The translations under genes and the position numbers were made by a program. The notes beneath the pieces were generated by a model, which did not search any database, was not told the DNA's origin, and was given only the letters and a program-made list of their open reading frames with translations. DNA of 64,000 bases from a virus: the IMG/VR virus record IMGVR_UViG_3300031134_000007, positions 40,313 to 104,312 of that record; one strand, written 5' to 3'. Below, one piece after another: positions 38,602 through 47,683 of the stretch; positions within the stretch are counted from its first letter, which is position 1, and every line of letters starts with the position of its first letter.

Positions 38602-40113
38602 TTACGCGCACTTGTCCAGTTCCGCTTTGGACAGAATGCGTAGGTTGGCGTAAACGTTTGCCATGATACAGTAACCGTCGTCACACGACATGATAGTCAA
38701 ATAACGGAATGCAACATCGGATTCCTTAATTACCATGATGTGAATCTTCGGGCTGGCTTCGCTGATGCCGGCTAAGGTATTCCGGTTAGGAACATCCAGA
38801 CCCAACGTCAACGTAACGTCTACGGTGATGGGTTTATTGAGGACTTCGCACGATACCGGCACCTTGATCGCTTTGGTGATTTGCTTGATAGACTTACTCA
38901 AGTTAAATTTCACCTCACCTTTCTTGGTGGTCTCCTTCTCGTAAATCAAATCGGTAATGTCGTACGCCTTACTGAGGATACTGAGTTTCCCCGTATGGAA
39001 CTCCGTCAGGCACTTGTTCAAGTACATGAGGTTATTCACCGCACGATATGAAATCGCCGGCGGGTTACACTCACGAACAATCAAAGCACCTGTGCAGTTA
39101 GTAATGTCGTTGTCGTTCTTGTTCGCCCGGAACAACAACTCACCGCCGTAGTCCATAATTTCTTTATGGTTAAACGGAGAGTAGATGTTGTCAAGACGCC
39201 CAATAAAGGCATTACCGTACACATTGGTCGCGATTCGCTTCACGCGGGTATACACCAGGTCCAGACAGGTTTCCGGTTGCTTTAACCACACCGTACTGAA
39301 TGCGGTGTCCGCTAACGCTTTGCCCAGATAGACTTGGTCGGTATCTTCCTTTGAAGGGTGACCGAAGCAGTACTCGTAAAAGCCATGCTCGTTCACCTTC
39401 AGCAAGTCCTCATCACTGAGGTTAAAGTACCAGCGAGCGTGAGACACAAAGCGGTGACGATCTGCTTTGTATTTATCGTACTCGCCGAAGTCCTGGACGT
39501 TATGACGCGGTGTGGTATCGTTGTTCTTGCCGAGCAAGACACCACGCGTTGCCATGTAGTCCGCCATTACGTTCCCTCTATGGCCATCATGGCCTTTCAC
39601 CCACTGGAACGTGTAGTGGATGTTCTTCGCCTGCAATTCAGCAAGCTTGCTGTCCAATGCAACCCACAAGGCTTTGTTGGCAACTTCGCCCCCTGTAGCT
39701 TTTTGCCAGCCGTTTGACTTCCATTTATTGAGGTACTGTGTGAGGCCTTTCGTTACGTACTCGCTGTCAGTGTAGATGAGCAACTTCTCTGCACCCTGGC
39801 TTACGGCAAGATCCATACCGTTCAACGTAGCAGTCATCTCAGCGATGTTATTGGTGGTTTCCGGCAGCAAGCCACCGAATGATTCAAAGACCTGTGCAGG
39901 ACGTACAACTTCACGTTGCTGCATCTTTGGATCGTCTTTGATAATGTACCCTGTGGTGGTCGGTACACCAACAGCGGGTTTCTTCTTTTTCTTCTTGTCT
40001 TCGTCGTCTACGGTGTAGCTGTAACCATGCACCCCCCAACCACCGACATTCTGTCGAAAACCACCATCGGTGTATAACACCATGGAGACTTTCGGCAATG
40101 ATGTTACTTCCAT
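38602..40113 (-). CDS. rnh: Ribonuclease HI with long C-terminal domain
   Basis: YTDGG, TNNIAE, YTDSEY and WVKGHDGHRGNVMAD motifs. Confidence 0.9.
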   Translation of the reverse strand: MEVTSLPKVSMVLYTDGGFRQNVGGWGVHGYSYTVDDEDKKKKKKPAVGVPTTTGYIIKDDPKMQQREVVRPAQVFESFGGLLPETTNNIAEMTATLNGMDLAVSQGAEKLLIYTDSEYVTKGLTQYLNKWKSNGWQKATGGEVANKALWVALDSKLAELQAKNIHYTFQWVKGHDGHRGNVMADYMATRGVLLGKNNDTTPRHNVQDFGEYDKYKADRHRFVSHARWYFNLSDEDLLKVNEHGFYEYCFGHPSKEDTDQVYLGKALADTAFSTVWLKQPETCLDLVYTRVKRIATNVYGNAFIGRLDNIYSPFNHKEIMDYGGELLFRANKNDNDITNCTGALIVRECNPPAISYRAVNNLMYLNKCLTEFHTGKLSILSKAYDITDLIYEKETTKKGEVKFNLSKSIKQITKAIKVPVSCEVLNKPITVDVTLTLGLDVPNRNTLAGISEASPKIHIMVIKESDVAFRYLTIMSCDDGYCIMANVYANLRILSKAELDKCA

Positions 40114-40183
40114 CGTAAACTCCTCAAATTATCCGCAATACTCTCTTATAATAGGTCGGGTAGGTAAAGAAATACCAAAACGA

Positions 40184-40600
40184 TCACGGAGGAACCTTCG
40201 CGACCGTTTTTACTGGAGTTTCACATTTCCCAATCAACTCAACATGTAAACGACTATTTTCCTCACGGAGATCTAACACCTCATCGCCTAATGCTTTATT
40301 ATGCTGTAACAGCATCCGGTTTTGTTGCAACATATCCGTCATGTTAGGGTAGATGCTCGTCATGCCACGAAGAACACCTAACTCGTCAACGAACTGCCTG
40401 TTCTGCTTACTCAAGTTCTCGTATTCACGATAGCCATAGATGACCAAACCTGAGAGCATAACAATGGATGCGATCAGCGCATAATAAATCCCTTTGTTTT
40501 TGCGCGAAGTGCTGTACCGGGTGGCGCCGTCGGACATGAAGGTATTCGAGTGCTTCCGAATAAAGGGGAGACACATAAAAAGTATACGTAACAGTAGCAT
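40184..40600 (-). CDS. Membrane protein with coiled coil
   Basis: 138 aa; one TM helix followed by a heptad-rich segment. Confidence 0.6.
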   Translation of the reverse strand: MLLLRILFMCLPFIRKHSNTFMSDGATRYSTSRKNKGIYYALIASIVMLSGLVIYGYREYENLSKQNRQFVDELGVLRGMTSIYPNMTDMLQQNRMLLQHNKALGDEVLDLREENSRLHVELIGKCETPVKTVAKVPP

Positions 40601-40676
40601 GCTGTTATTTCCCCCAAATCACGTACCGTTGCTGAATGTTATGTCTTTTATCCACTCCCATTGTAAAGGGTGAACC

Positions 40677-42002
40677 ATGAAAACGATACTCGGGTTTGCG
40701 GTATGCAATGCCTTGATCAACAACAGCCCGCAGATTACAAATGCAATCGGCGAGTTATCAGCAATCTCCTTGACGTCTTCCCGAAACATCGGAACCTACA
40801 CTAACGATAGTCAACCCGGTACGGTATTTCAGGCGTTCACCGCTGAGAACGATAACGGTGCCGACTTTGTTTTAACCGATGTCTATAAGTCGCCTATTCT
40901 CCAGTTACAATACTGGCTGATGACGCGGATTATTGACGGGCGGATCACTAACGATAAGACCATTACACTGCAACAGATCACCAGCGAGTTTGGCAACGCC
41001 TGGTCGAACCTGGCGATTGGTGCGATGGTGACCGACGGTCAGCACTGGGCACCAGAGTGGGTCTCTGGTAGCATCGTTGGCAGTAACGCTGATGACAACA
41101 CCGTGAAGATCTGGTTTGCTGACGCAGCCTTCCAGTTAAGCTACCCACGGTTTGAATTAGATGTGTTGAACTGTGTGCCTAACGACCAGTTAGACATCCT
41201 GCACGAAGATTACGTTCAACAGAAGACAGCGATTGATGCCGTCACGAAAGGGGATGTGTCGCAGGCGCTGGATGAGATGATCGGTGTGCATCCACAGACC
41301 TTCATTCAGACCTATTCATTCAAAGTGTACGATAAAGCCAATACCGCCAAATTCCAGATTGCCTACTGGCAAGTTGTGGGTTGGGGTAAGAACGGACGTA
41401 ACGATGATGCGGCTTATGAAGCCATCAAAGCGTCTATCCTGGCGAACTCGAAATACGATGAAGAAGAGTGGGGGTTAGTGATCCCGGATCTCTTCAACCC
41501 GATCGAGTACGTGATCGCACCGAACTGGATGTCCTATAGCATTCCGAACAAAACGGTGCAGGCGGGTACCTACGATCCGGTTGTTGATTTTGAAACCATG
41601 CTGGAACTGCCACTGAAAGTCATGAAGTGGTACCCAGAAGATCACGTCCGCAAATCACTGCAGGTGTTCCCAAGTTTGACCAAATCGCTTTCATTGAACG
41701 CGGTGGCCAAACCAACAAACCGCTCGGGTCAGTTCAAGTTGAAAGAACTGTATCCGGACTATGCATTGATTCCTTCTGACAACGTCACCTTTGACAGCAT
41801 CTCTCGCGGGACACAGGCGTTCATCTATGCCCTGCAAGAACTGATCATTGCTACCGAAACCATGCAGGAGTTCTCTGAACTGCCAGCAGGGGTAAACCGT
41901 GTGGTGCGTGACGGTGTTATCTGCGGAACCAAAACGGTGGACGGGATCAAACTGTTGATGGTGGCGAAGCCGTATACAGAATCTCTGTACGCGACTGCTT
42001 AA
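40677..42002 (+). CDS. Virion structural protein
   Basis: 441 aa; IGELS motif and position after RNase H as in phiKZ-like phages. Confidence 0.65.
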   Translation: MKTILGFAVCNALINNSPQITNAIGELSAISLTSSRNIGTYTNDSQPGTVFQAFTAENDNGADFVLTDVYKSPILQLQYWLMTRIIDGRITNDKTITLQQITSEFGNAWSNLAIGAMVTDGQHWAPEWVSGSIVGSNADDNTVKIWFADAAFQLSYPRFELDVLNCVPNDQLDILHEDYVQQKTAIDAVTKGDVSQALDEMIGVHPQTFIQTYSFKVYDKANTAKFQIAYWQVVGWGKNGRNDDAAYEAIKASILANSKYDEEEWGLVIPDLFNPIEYVIAPNWMSYSIPNKTVQAGTYDPVVDFETMLELPLKVMKWYPEDHVRKSLQVFPSLTKSLSLNAVAKPTNRSGQFKLKELYPDYALIPSDNVTFDSISRGTQAFIYALQELIIATETMQEFSELPAGVNRVVRDGVICGTKTVDGIKLLMVAKPYTESLYATA

Positions 42003-42012
42003 GAGGTAAGTC

Positions 42013-42627
42013 ATGGCTAACATCACCCCACCGCCGCGCCTACGGGGCATTTGGCAGCTGAACGCCCCGTTTGCTGTAGTGCCCGATACCATCTACATGG
42101 CTGAAGCGGTACGTACCATTGATGAGATGCTCGGCCTTAACGTCAATATCCTGGAGCGTGTTTACACACCGGTAGGGTTGACCAAGGTTGAGTACGAGTC
42201 AGACGTACTGAACAACGCCATGATCATCACGTTGACAGCACCCGGACAGAAGACCGTCTACGTACCCAGCACCTATATCGCTTCAATGCCGGATGACACG
42301 GCCATTGCGTATGACTACGTGGTGTTGTCAATCCCGTTAGGTGCGGTACCGTCCTCGTTGGTGAACTCACTGCAGCAAACCATGGATGAGGTTAAAAGCA
42401 CAGTGTCTGATCTCATTGGTATTGAACCTACAGTGTCGATTAACGTCGCACCTTCAGTAGGGACGGTCACTGCAGAGCAGCATCGTGTGAATGAGCAGAA
42501 CCGTCTCAATGCGATTAAACGTCGCACAACGGAGCATGCACAACTGATTGCGTCGGAAGCAGAGAATGAACGTCTCCGGACAATCATCGCTGACTACGAG
42601 CAACGCCTCACCGCCAATAAAGCATAA
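42013..42627 (+). CDS. Probable virion protein
   Basis: 204 aa; GAGG RBS; YVPSTYI motif; C-terminal coiled coil. Confidence 0.6.
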   Translation: MANITPPPRLRGIWQLNAPFAVVPDTIYMAEAVRTIDEMLGLNVNILERVYTPVGLTKVEYESDVLNNAMIITLTAPGQKTVYVPSTYIASMPDDTAIAYDYVVLSIPLGAVPSSLVNSLQQTMDEVKSTVSDLIGIEPTVSINVAPSVGTVTAEQHRVNEQNRLNAIKRRTTEHAQLIASEAENERLRTIIADYEQRLTANKA

Positions 42628-42659
42628 CCTCGGGCAGGGCTACGGCTCTGCCTTTATGC
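42622..42659. terminator. Bidirectional terminator, GCATAA family
   Basis: GGCAGGGC-tacg-GCTCTGCC flanked by GCATAA and TTATGC. Confidence 0.7.
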
Positions 42660-42662
42660 CGG

Positions 42663-43127
42663 TCAAAACAGTGTGTTGGTCGAATGAAACTTCAGATAGA
42701 GCGGTTGCGCCAATCCCTCTGTGGTCACAATCAACTCTAAGCGGTTGTTAGTTGTGATGCTAACACACGCCTTCTGATTCGGTCTGCTGTTCAACTCATG
42801 CGCAATCACCAACACCATTTCGAACTGGTTACGCACTTCTTGCTGACACAACACCACGATCCAATTAGCGATGGTGTCGATCAAGACGCTGTGAGTCTCT
42901 TCCACTTCTAACTCGTTTGGCATAAACAGGCGAGAGTGTAACTCGGCTACCACCACCATACAAAGGGTAGGGCTTACCATCTCATTGTGACCCCGTATAA
43001 AGCTCGCCAACGAACGTACACGTCGTTCCATCATTCGGGCCAACCAGGTATCGAACATTAGCCGTGTAATAGACAACAGCACGAACAAGCAAATGACAGT
43101 TCCAATCACCACTAATAAGTCGTGCAT
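42663..43127 (-). CDS. Hypothetical membrane protein
   Basis: 154 aa; N-terminal TM helix. Confidence 0.65.
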   Translation of the reverse strand: MHDLLVVIGTVICLFVLLSITRLMFDTWLARMMERRVRSLASFIRGHNEMVSPTLCMVVVAELHSRLFMPNELEVEETHSVLIDTIANWIVVLCQQEVRNQFEMVLVIAHELNSRPNQKACVSITTNNRLELIVTTEGLAQPLYLKFHSTNTLF

Positions 43128-43145
43128 AATAACCCCCTGTTAAAC

Positions 43146-43175
43146 AAAAAAAGAAGGGTAGCGATGCTCCCTTCT
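43146..43175 (-). terminator. Intrinsic terminator
   Basis: AGAAGGG...CCCTTCT hairpin with a U-tract on the minus strand. Confidence 0.65.
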
Positions 43176-43184
43176 CTTATCACA

Positions 43185-43661
43185 TCATTTATCTGAACGC
43201 GTCAGACAATAGGTTACGGCCGCCGCAGTGATTGCACCGATAGCCAAGCCAGCAATCAGGTATTTGCGTTTACCTTTAGGCTTAGGCGTTGGGATCTCGG
43301 TGTGCTCTTGCGGATCAGGGTTGTGACGCCCATCGAGCCATTCACCAGCGATCAGTGAAAGATCGATCGCGACTTGTTGACCCGTGATGTATGCACTGGC
43401 ATCCTGCATATCCTGCGAGGTCGCACCCATCTGTTTGAGAATCGCATACGGGAACTCTTCCGCCAGCAGGTTCTCAGTGAGGTGGGTGATCATCTCGATA
43501 CGAATTTGTTGATGCAGGGTTTCTTTCTCTTCATCAGAGAGTCCATTGAAGTCGACGTTCTCAACGATCCAGTCTTCAGCATCCTTGCCGTATGCAAACC
43601 AGTTCAGCAGCAATGTGCGGGAAGTTCCCGCGATGACTTCTTCCAGCGTTTTGTATTTCAT
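43185..43661 (-). CDS. Hypothetical tail-anchored membrane protein
   Basis: 158 aa; basic patch then a C-terminal TM helix. Confidence 0.7.
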   Translation of the reverse strand: MKYKTLEEVIAGTSRTLLLNWFAYGKDAEDWIVENVDFNGLSDEEKETLHQQIRIEMITHLTENLLAEEFPYAILKQMGATSQDMQDASAYITGQQVAIDLSLIAGEWLDGRHNPDPQEHTEIPTPKPKGKRKYLIAGLAIGAITAAAVTYCLTRSDK

Positions 43662-43864
43662 TCTTCGTCCACCAATCGTGCTAATTTCTTCAGGATGGTT
43701 AATGCGGACGCCATGACGATGCCTGCACCCAATGCTTTTACGCCACGGTTCTCACTGCCGGCCAGTACTGCGCCCATGGTGATTGAAACCAGTGGAATAC
43801 CCCAACGTTCAGGGCGGTTCACGTATTCAACTTGTTCACACTGCTTATTCTGTGTTTTGCTCAT
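43658..43864 (-). CDS. Small membrane protein
   Basis: 68 aa; two hydrophobic segments; AAGG RBS; ATGA overlap. Confidence 0.6.
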   Translation of the reverse strand: MSKTQNKQCEQVEYVNRPERWGIPLVSITMGAVLAGSENRGVKALGAGIVMASALTILKKLARLVDEE

Positions 43865-44213
43865 CGTCTTTACCTTTACTCAGGAGCTTCACCATCAGTA
43901 GCCCAGCGGCCACTATGACGAAGCCAGTGCCCATGCCCACGCCCGCTGCTTCCAGCTTTTCTTGTGGACGACCAAAGTTCTCGCGTTGCATCTCTTCCTT
44001 AACGGTCTGGTCCTCCACAGCAGTCAGGCCTGCAGTGACCAGCTCCATTGAGCAGAGTAATGCCGCAGCGAGTGCGATCTTTTCAGCCGGGAGTTTCTTT
44101 AGTAGCAACCCGGCCGATACAGCACCCACAAAACCTGCCCCACGGGACAGGCGAGTGAGCAGTACAGTTTTACGTGCCGTGAGTGGGATACTCACTTCGT
44201 CGATTTGACTCAT
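43845..44213 (-). CDS. Hypothetical membrane protein
   Basis: Start moved to ATG 44213 (AAGGA RBS); three hydrophobic segments. Confidence 0.6.
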   Translation of the reverse strand: MSQIDEVSIPLTARKTVLLTRLSRGAGFVGAVSAGLLLKKLPAEKIALAAALLCSMELVTAGLTAVEDQTVKEEMQRENFGRPQEKLEAAGVGMGTGFVIVAAGLLMVKLLSKGKDDEQNTE

Positions 44214-44223
44214 GGCGAGATCC

Positions 44224-44937
44224 TTATTCAGCCGCGTTGTCGATGACGTCTTTGGCTTTACGTACAAGGAAACGACCAATGATCGCGCCACACACAACAG
44301 ACCCTACCATGCTCGGGACGACTTCGTCGAACAGGTTGAACGTAGATGCAGCTTCCACTTCATCGGCATCACCGTGTTTGGCAATCAGATCTGCTTTGTC
44401 TTTGCTGAGGCGAGAGATTGCGTTGTAGGCAATCAGACCACCGAAGATACCCGCAGTGACATCAGCAGCTTTCTTGCTACGGCCAAACTTACGACCGGTT
44501 GCTGAAATGGTGGCTGCAGTAACAACCGCCATGCCGACGTTTTCGATGATCTGTTTGGTGCGGATGCCTTTACGAGCTTTAGCCACGTCACGGATAGACA
44601 CGGTTTCGATTTGCTCTTCAGCCGCCGCCTGCACTTGCACCGCACCTTCTTGCAGTGCCGCTTCAACGCCTTTTGCCAGGTTGCTCATTTCAACTTTCAG
44701 GTCGTTAGGGATTGCAGTGGTGTTGTTAGCGATAGTGTTAGTGTTCATGGTTACTTCCTCACAGGTAATGGTTTCAGATTGGGTTTCGATAGTTACGTCG
44801 ATGTGTGCCTCATCGGCACGGGCAAAATGCATTTCAGCCAGAGACGGTTGTGAGCGAATGTTCACGATGTTGTCAGTCTGGGTATGGCGTGCTTTCTTAA
44901 AATCACGGACTGAGTTGATCATTGCGGAATTGCTCAT
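44224..44937 (-). CDS. Hypothetical membrane-associated protein with two possible starts
   Basis: ATG 44937 and in-frame ATG 44748 both have a GAGGA RBS. Confidence 0.65.
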   Translation of the reverse strand: MSNSAMINSVRDFKKARHTQTDNIVNIRSQPSLAEMHFARADEAHIDVTIETQSETITCEEVTMNTNTIANNTTAIPNDLKVEMSNLAKGVEAALQEGAVQVQAAAEEQIETVSIRDVAKARKGIRTKQIIENVGMAVVTAATISATGRKFGRSKKAADVTAGIFGGLIAYNAISRLSKDKADLIAKHGDADEVEAASTFNLFDEVVPSMVGSVVCGAIIGRFLVRKAKDVIDNAAE

Positions 44938-44977
44938 AATACGTTCCTCGAAAAGAGTAGGCACAGGTTACATCTTA

Positions 44978-44987
44978 GTAATGTAGG
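44978..44987 (-). promoter_or_regulatory. Early promoter motif variant CCTACATTAC
   Basis: One mismatch to TATATTAC; intergenic, after a terminator. Confidence 0.55.
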
Positions 44988-45018
44988 GGTAACATCCTGT
45001 GCGTTGTAAATTAGGGCG

Positions 45019-45053
45019 GCATAAAGCGAGGGTGTTACCCCTCGCTGTTGTGA
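45019..45053 (-). terminator. Terminator hairpin, GCATAA family
   Basis: AGCGAGGG...CCCTCGCT flanked by CGGCATAA. Confidence 0.65.
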
Positions 45054-45508
45054 CTTTTGACATGCCAGTTTAAACGTGACAAGAGAGCAGGTGAAAGAAC
45101 ATCGGTGACACGTGCTAAGTGCACATAGCTCACTTTGTATTCCTTGACCTGTGTTTCGTCGTCACGGATTAGTGTGATAATGAACAAGGCATCGTCGCCC
45201 TGATCAGTAATCACACCAGACAGCCGATAACCGTCAGTGGTTTGGACATTGCTGAACTCTTTGAAGATCTCGGTATACAACTCAACGAACGCATGAGTGC
45301 CGTAAAGGGTCAAGTGTCGATGTGCTGTACGCTCCGCAATCTCGTACATTTGTTCAGTTTGAAACGCCCGGTCCAACAACTCAGGAGTGGTCAGAACAAC
45401 CCACCGCTTTTGATTGGTACCTGCTGGTTTCCGTATCATTGCACGAATCAGCAGAATGAAGAAGGTGATGATCGCCATGATAGCGACCCACTTAACTAAA
45501 TCAAACAT
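45035..45508 (-). CDS. Hypothetical membrane protein
   Basis: Start moved to ATG 45508 (GAGGG RBS); MFDLVKW then a TM helix. Confidence 0.65.
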   Translation of the reverse strand: MFDLVKWVAIMAIITFFILLIRAMIRKPAGTNQKRWVVLTTPELLDRAFQTEQMYEIAERTAHRHLTLYGTHAFVELYTEIFKEFSNVQTTDGYRLSGVITDQGDDALFIITLIRDDETQVKEYKVSYVHLARVTDVLSPALLSRLNWHVKSHNSEG

Positions 45509-45518
45509 GTTATTTCCC

Positions 45519-45962
45519 TCAGATCGATTCTGCGACGTTTGAACATATGATTTTGAACTCACGTTCAACAATACTGTTGGTGCCAGTAATGCCAGCACCG
45601 CCAAACAGACGCTCCAGACCTTTGTCTGACACATATTTGCGATACGCTTTCCACGCATTCGCTACGCCTTCTTTGGTGATCGCAGCGCCAGTAAACAGTT
45701 TACGGACGTTAGCTTTCAGCCAGGCATAGATATTAGCCAGACGGTCTTTCTCATCAACCAGGCTATAGCTCATTGCTACAGCGCGTTTGATATCAGATAC
45801 ATCAACATCGATGCCGATCAGTTTAGGGTTACGGAACTGGTAACGACGTTCAGCCAGACGAGCCACGCCATTCACGCCCAGTTCGTTGATGTTTTCACGT
45901 ACCATCGCAACGAATTCGTCAGACATTACGAAGGTCAGTTTTGCAGTGTTAATAGTGTTCAT
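45519..45962 (-). CDS. Hypothetical protein
   Basis: Start moved to ATG 45962 (GAGG RBS); strong codon bias. Confidence 0.7.
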   Translation of the reverse strand: MNTINTAKLTFVMSDEFVAMVRENINELGVNGVARLAERRYQFRNPKLIGIDVDVSDIKRAVAMSYSLVDEKDRLANIYAWLKANVRKLFTGAAITKEGVANAWKAYRKYVSDKGLERLFGGAGITGTNSIVEREFKIICSNVAESI

Positions 45963-46030
45963 GGTAATACCTCTTTGCAATTGATTGATTATGGTTAGTT
46001 TGCTGAGGTTCACATGAACGCTCAGCGATG

Positions 46031-46111
46031 TTAAGGACTATTGCAAACGAACCGGCACACCCTTGTAAGAGTAACCAGGTTAGTTTGGTTTAACGGACAG
46101 GATAATGGCAT
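46031..46111 (-). CDS. Possible 26-aa peptide (not in the ORF track)
   Basis: MPLSCPLNQTNLVTLTRVCRFVCNSP; AGGAGGT RBS overlapping the upstream stop. Confidence 0.35.
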   Translation of the reverse strand: MPLSCPLNQTNLVTLTRVCRFVCNSP

Positions 46112-46122
46112 AGGACCACCTC

Positions 46123-46254
46123 CTAGAACTGCAGGTATGTGACAGTGGACTTAACATGCCCACGGCCGGCTTTCTTATTGATGTAGTTGAGAGCAGCAGT
46201 GGCTGCAAGCGAAACAACTACGGAGACAACAACTTTGGTAATGATCGATTTCAT
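46123..46254 (-). CDS. 43-aa membrane peptide (not in the ORF track)
   Basis: MKSIITKVVVSVVVSLAATAALNYINKK...; GGAG RBS preceded by CCTTAACCTGT. Confidence 0.6.
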   Translation of the reverse strand: MKSIITKVVVSVVVSLAATAALNYINKKAGRGHVKSTVTYLQF

Positions 46255-46290
46255 GATAATGCTCCAACAGGTTAAGGCGAAACAAACTAC

Positions 46291-46524
46291 TTACTGCGTC
46301 AGATTCTCAATGCGTGGGTCAGTGGCAGCAACTGAGCGAACTGATTTGACACGGACCACAGGCTGCGGGGCAAGGATAACGATCTTCAGTTTCTCGTCGC
46401 CCTGGTCGATCTTGGTTTGATGACGCTTGTTACGGATCTTCTGAATCTGGACCTCGTAATAGACACCCGCCGCAATCATGGCAGTGCAAGCAGCAACGTA
46501 GGCAACTTTAGCTAATGTGTTCAT
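46291..46524 (-). CDS. Small membrane protein
   Basis: 77 aa; N-terminal hydrophobic helix then a basic tail. Confidence 0.65.
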   Translation of the reverse strand: MNTLAKVAYVAACTAMIAAGVYYEVQIQKIRNKRHQTKIDQGDEKLKIVILAPQPVVRVKSVRSVAATDPRIENLTQ

Positions 46525-46548
46525 AAGGGACTCTCACAGGTTAAGGGG

Positions 46549-46800
46549 TTATTTAACAACTTCGTACAATGGGGCGATACGGTTAAAATCAACAGCTTTA
46601 CCAATCAGATCCATGCACTCGATGTAGCTAGGACTGTTAGACTGACGAACGATTTTCATAACGGCTTCGTGTTGCTCACTACGAGTCAACTTACGCAGCA
46701 CCACTGGCTCTGGTTTTGGTTTACGTTTGAAAACAGTGGCGATAGCGGTTACAGCGACAGCAGCGACAGCGATGATGGCAACAGCGTTTACGTTTGACAT
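46549..46800 (-). CDS. Small membrane protein
   Basis: 83 aa; Ala/Val TM helix then KRKPK. Confidence 0.7.
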   Translation of the reverse strand: MSNVNAVAIIAVAAVAVTAIATVFKRKPKPEPVVLRKLTRSEQHEAVMKIVRQSNSPSYIECMDLIGKAVDFNRIAPLYEVVK

Positions 46801-46826
46801 GATAGTTCCTACAGGTTAAGGGAAGG

Positions 46827-46922
46827 TTAAGCAGTTTCTTTTGAATCACCGTATGGAACATTCCACACAACGACCAGTGCAACAAACAGAACTAAAGATA
46901 AGACAGTCGTTAAATCAAACAT
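46827..46922 (-). CDS. 31-aa membrane peptide (not in the ORF track)
   Basis: MFDLTTVLSLVLFVALVVVWNVPYGDSKETA; preceded by CCTTAACCTGTGAGA. Confidence 0.6.
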   Translation of the reverse strand: MFDLTTVLSLVLFVALVVVWNVPYGDSKETA

Positions 46923-46955
46923 GGAATATTCTCACAGGTTAAGGTTAAAGGGTTA

Positions 46956-47192
46956 TTACAGGGATGCTGCAGCGATATTGTCGATGGACTTCTTGGCTTG
47001 GGCTTGGACCTCTTCGTTATGAGGGTGGGTCGCCGCCACTTTGTTAATAGCATCGATAGAGGACTCTGCCATGGCATCAGACAGTTCGTCTATGATGACT
47101 TTGGCTTCTTTGTGGTTCTTGACTAACAGCACGATACCGGTTGCGATGGCAGCGATAGATGCAGTAGCGGTAATGATCAGTTTAGTGTTCAT
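46956..47192 (-). CDS. Small membrane protein
   Basis: 78 aa; N-terminal TM helix; GAGG RBS. Confidence 0.7.
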   Translation of the reverse strand: MNTKLIITATASIAAIATGIVLLVKNHKEAKVIIDELSDAMAESSIDAINKVAATHPHNEEVQAQAKKSIDNIAAASL

Positions 47193-47250
47193 GGTGAATC
47201 CTCATTGATTAGTTAGATGTAAGAGAAGTTTATTGCTCTTATTCACCTTT

Positions 47251-47265
47251 TTAATATAGGTCTGA
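47251..47265 (-). promoter_or_regulatory. Early promoter motif TCAGACCTATATTA
   Basis: 14-bp identity with the copy at 47631-47644. Confidence 0.65.
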
Positions 47266-47294
47266 GATTTTCTACAACTCAAAAGAAACGGTTT

Positions 47295-47588
47295 TTACCA
47301 ACCGATTGACACGCCGTCATCCATTTCACTCAATGCATCGTGGAGTAAGCGACCCGTCTTATCAATGTTTAATTCCTTTTTGGAACGTTCTTCCTTCAGT
47401 GCTAAGATTTCCGCATACAACATTTTTACTTTTGGTGCAAATTTCTTGGACTCCTGCAGGTTTGCTGCAAACCACTTCTTTTCCATTTTGGTATGTTTAG
47501 CAGTTAACTTTACCAACTGTGCAGTAATCTCAGTGATACGGGCGCGGTCGGCTTTAATGTCGGCTTGATATTCGATTACAGTTTTCAT
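47295..47588 (-). CDS. Coiled-coil hypothetical protein
   Basis: 97 aa; Lys/Glu-rich; own promoter motif. Confidence 0.65.
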   Translation of the reverse strand: MKTVIEYQADIKADRARITEITAQLVKLTAKHTKMEKKWFAANLQESKKFAPKVKMLYAEILALKEERSKKELNIDKTGRLLHDALSEMDDGVSIGW

Positions 47589-47629
47589 GTTAGCGTCTCA
47601 TGTTAAATTGGTTTGGTTTATACACATCG

Positions 47630-47644
47630 CTAATATAGGTCTGA
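47630..47644 (-). promoter_or_regulatory. Early promoter motif TCAGACCTATATTA
   Basis: Identical to the copy at 47252-47265; directly after a terminator. Confidence 0.65.
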
Positions 47645-47683
47645 AACCATCTGCAGCTCGAAACAAACAAAAATAAAAGATCG

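Larger units (their letters stand above)
46267..46944 (-). repeat. Four exact copies of CCTTAACCTGT upstream of consecutive small genes
   Basis: Plus-strand ACAGGTTAAGG at 46267, 46536, 46811 and 46934. Confidence 0.85.

Noticed and set aside
40184-40600. i-spanin or holin call
   Set aside because: TM plus coiled coil is compatible, but no overlapping lipoprotein ORF or adjacent lysis gene was identified
46267-46944. CRISPR-like array
   Set aside because: The repeat is only 11 bp, spacing is irregular (123-275 bp), and the intervals are ORFs
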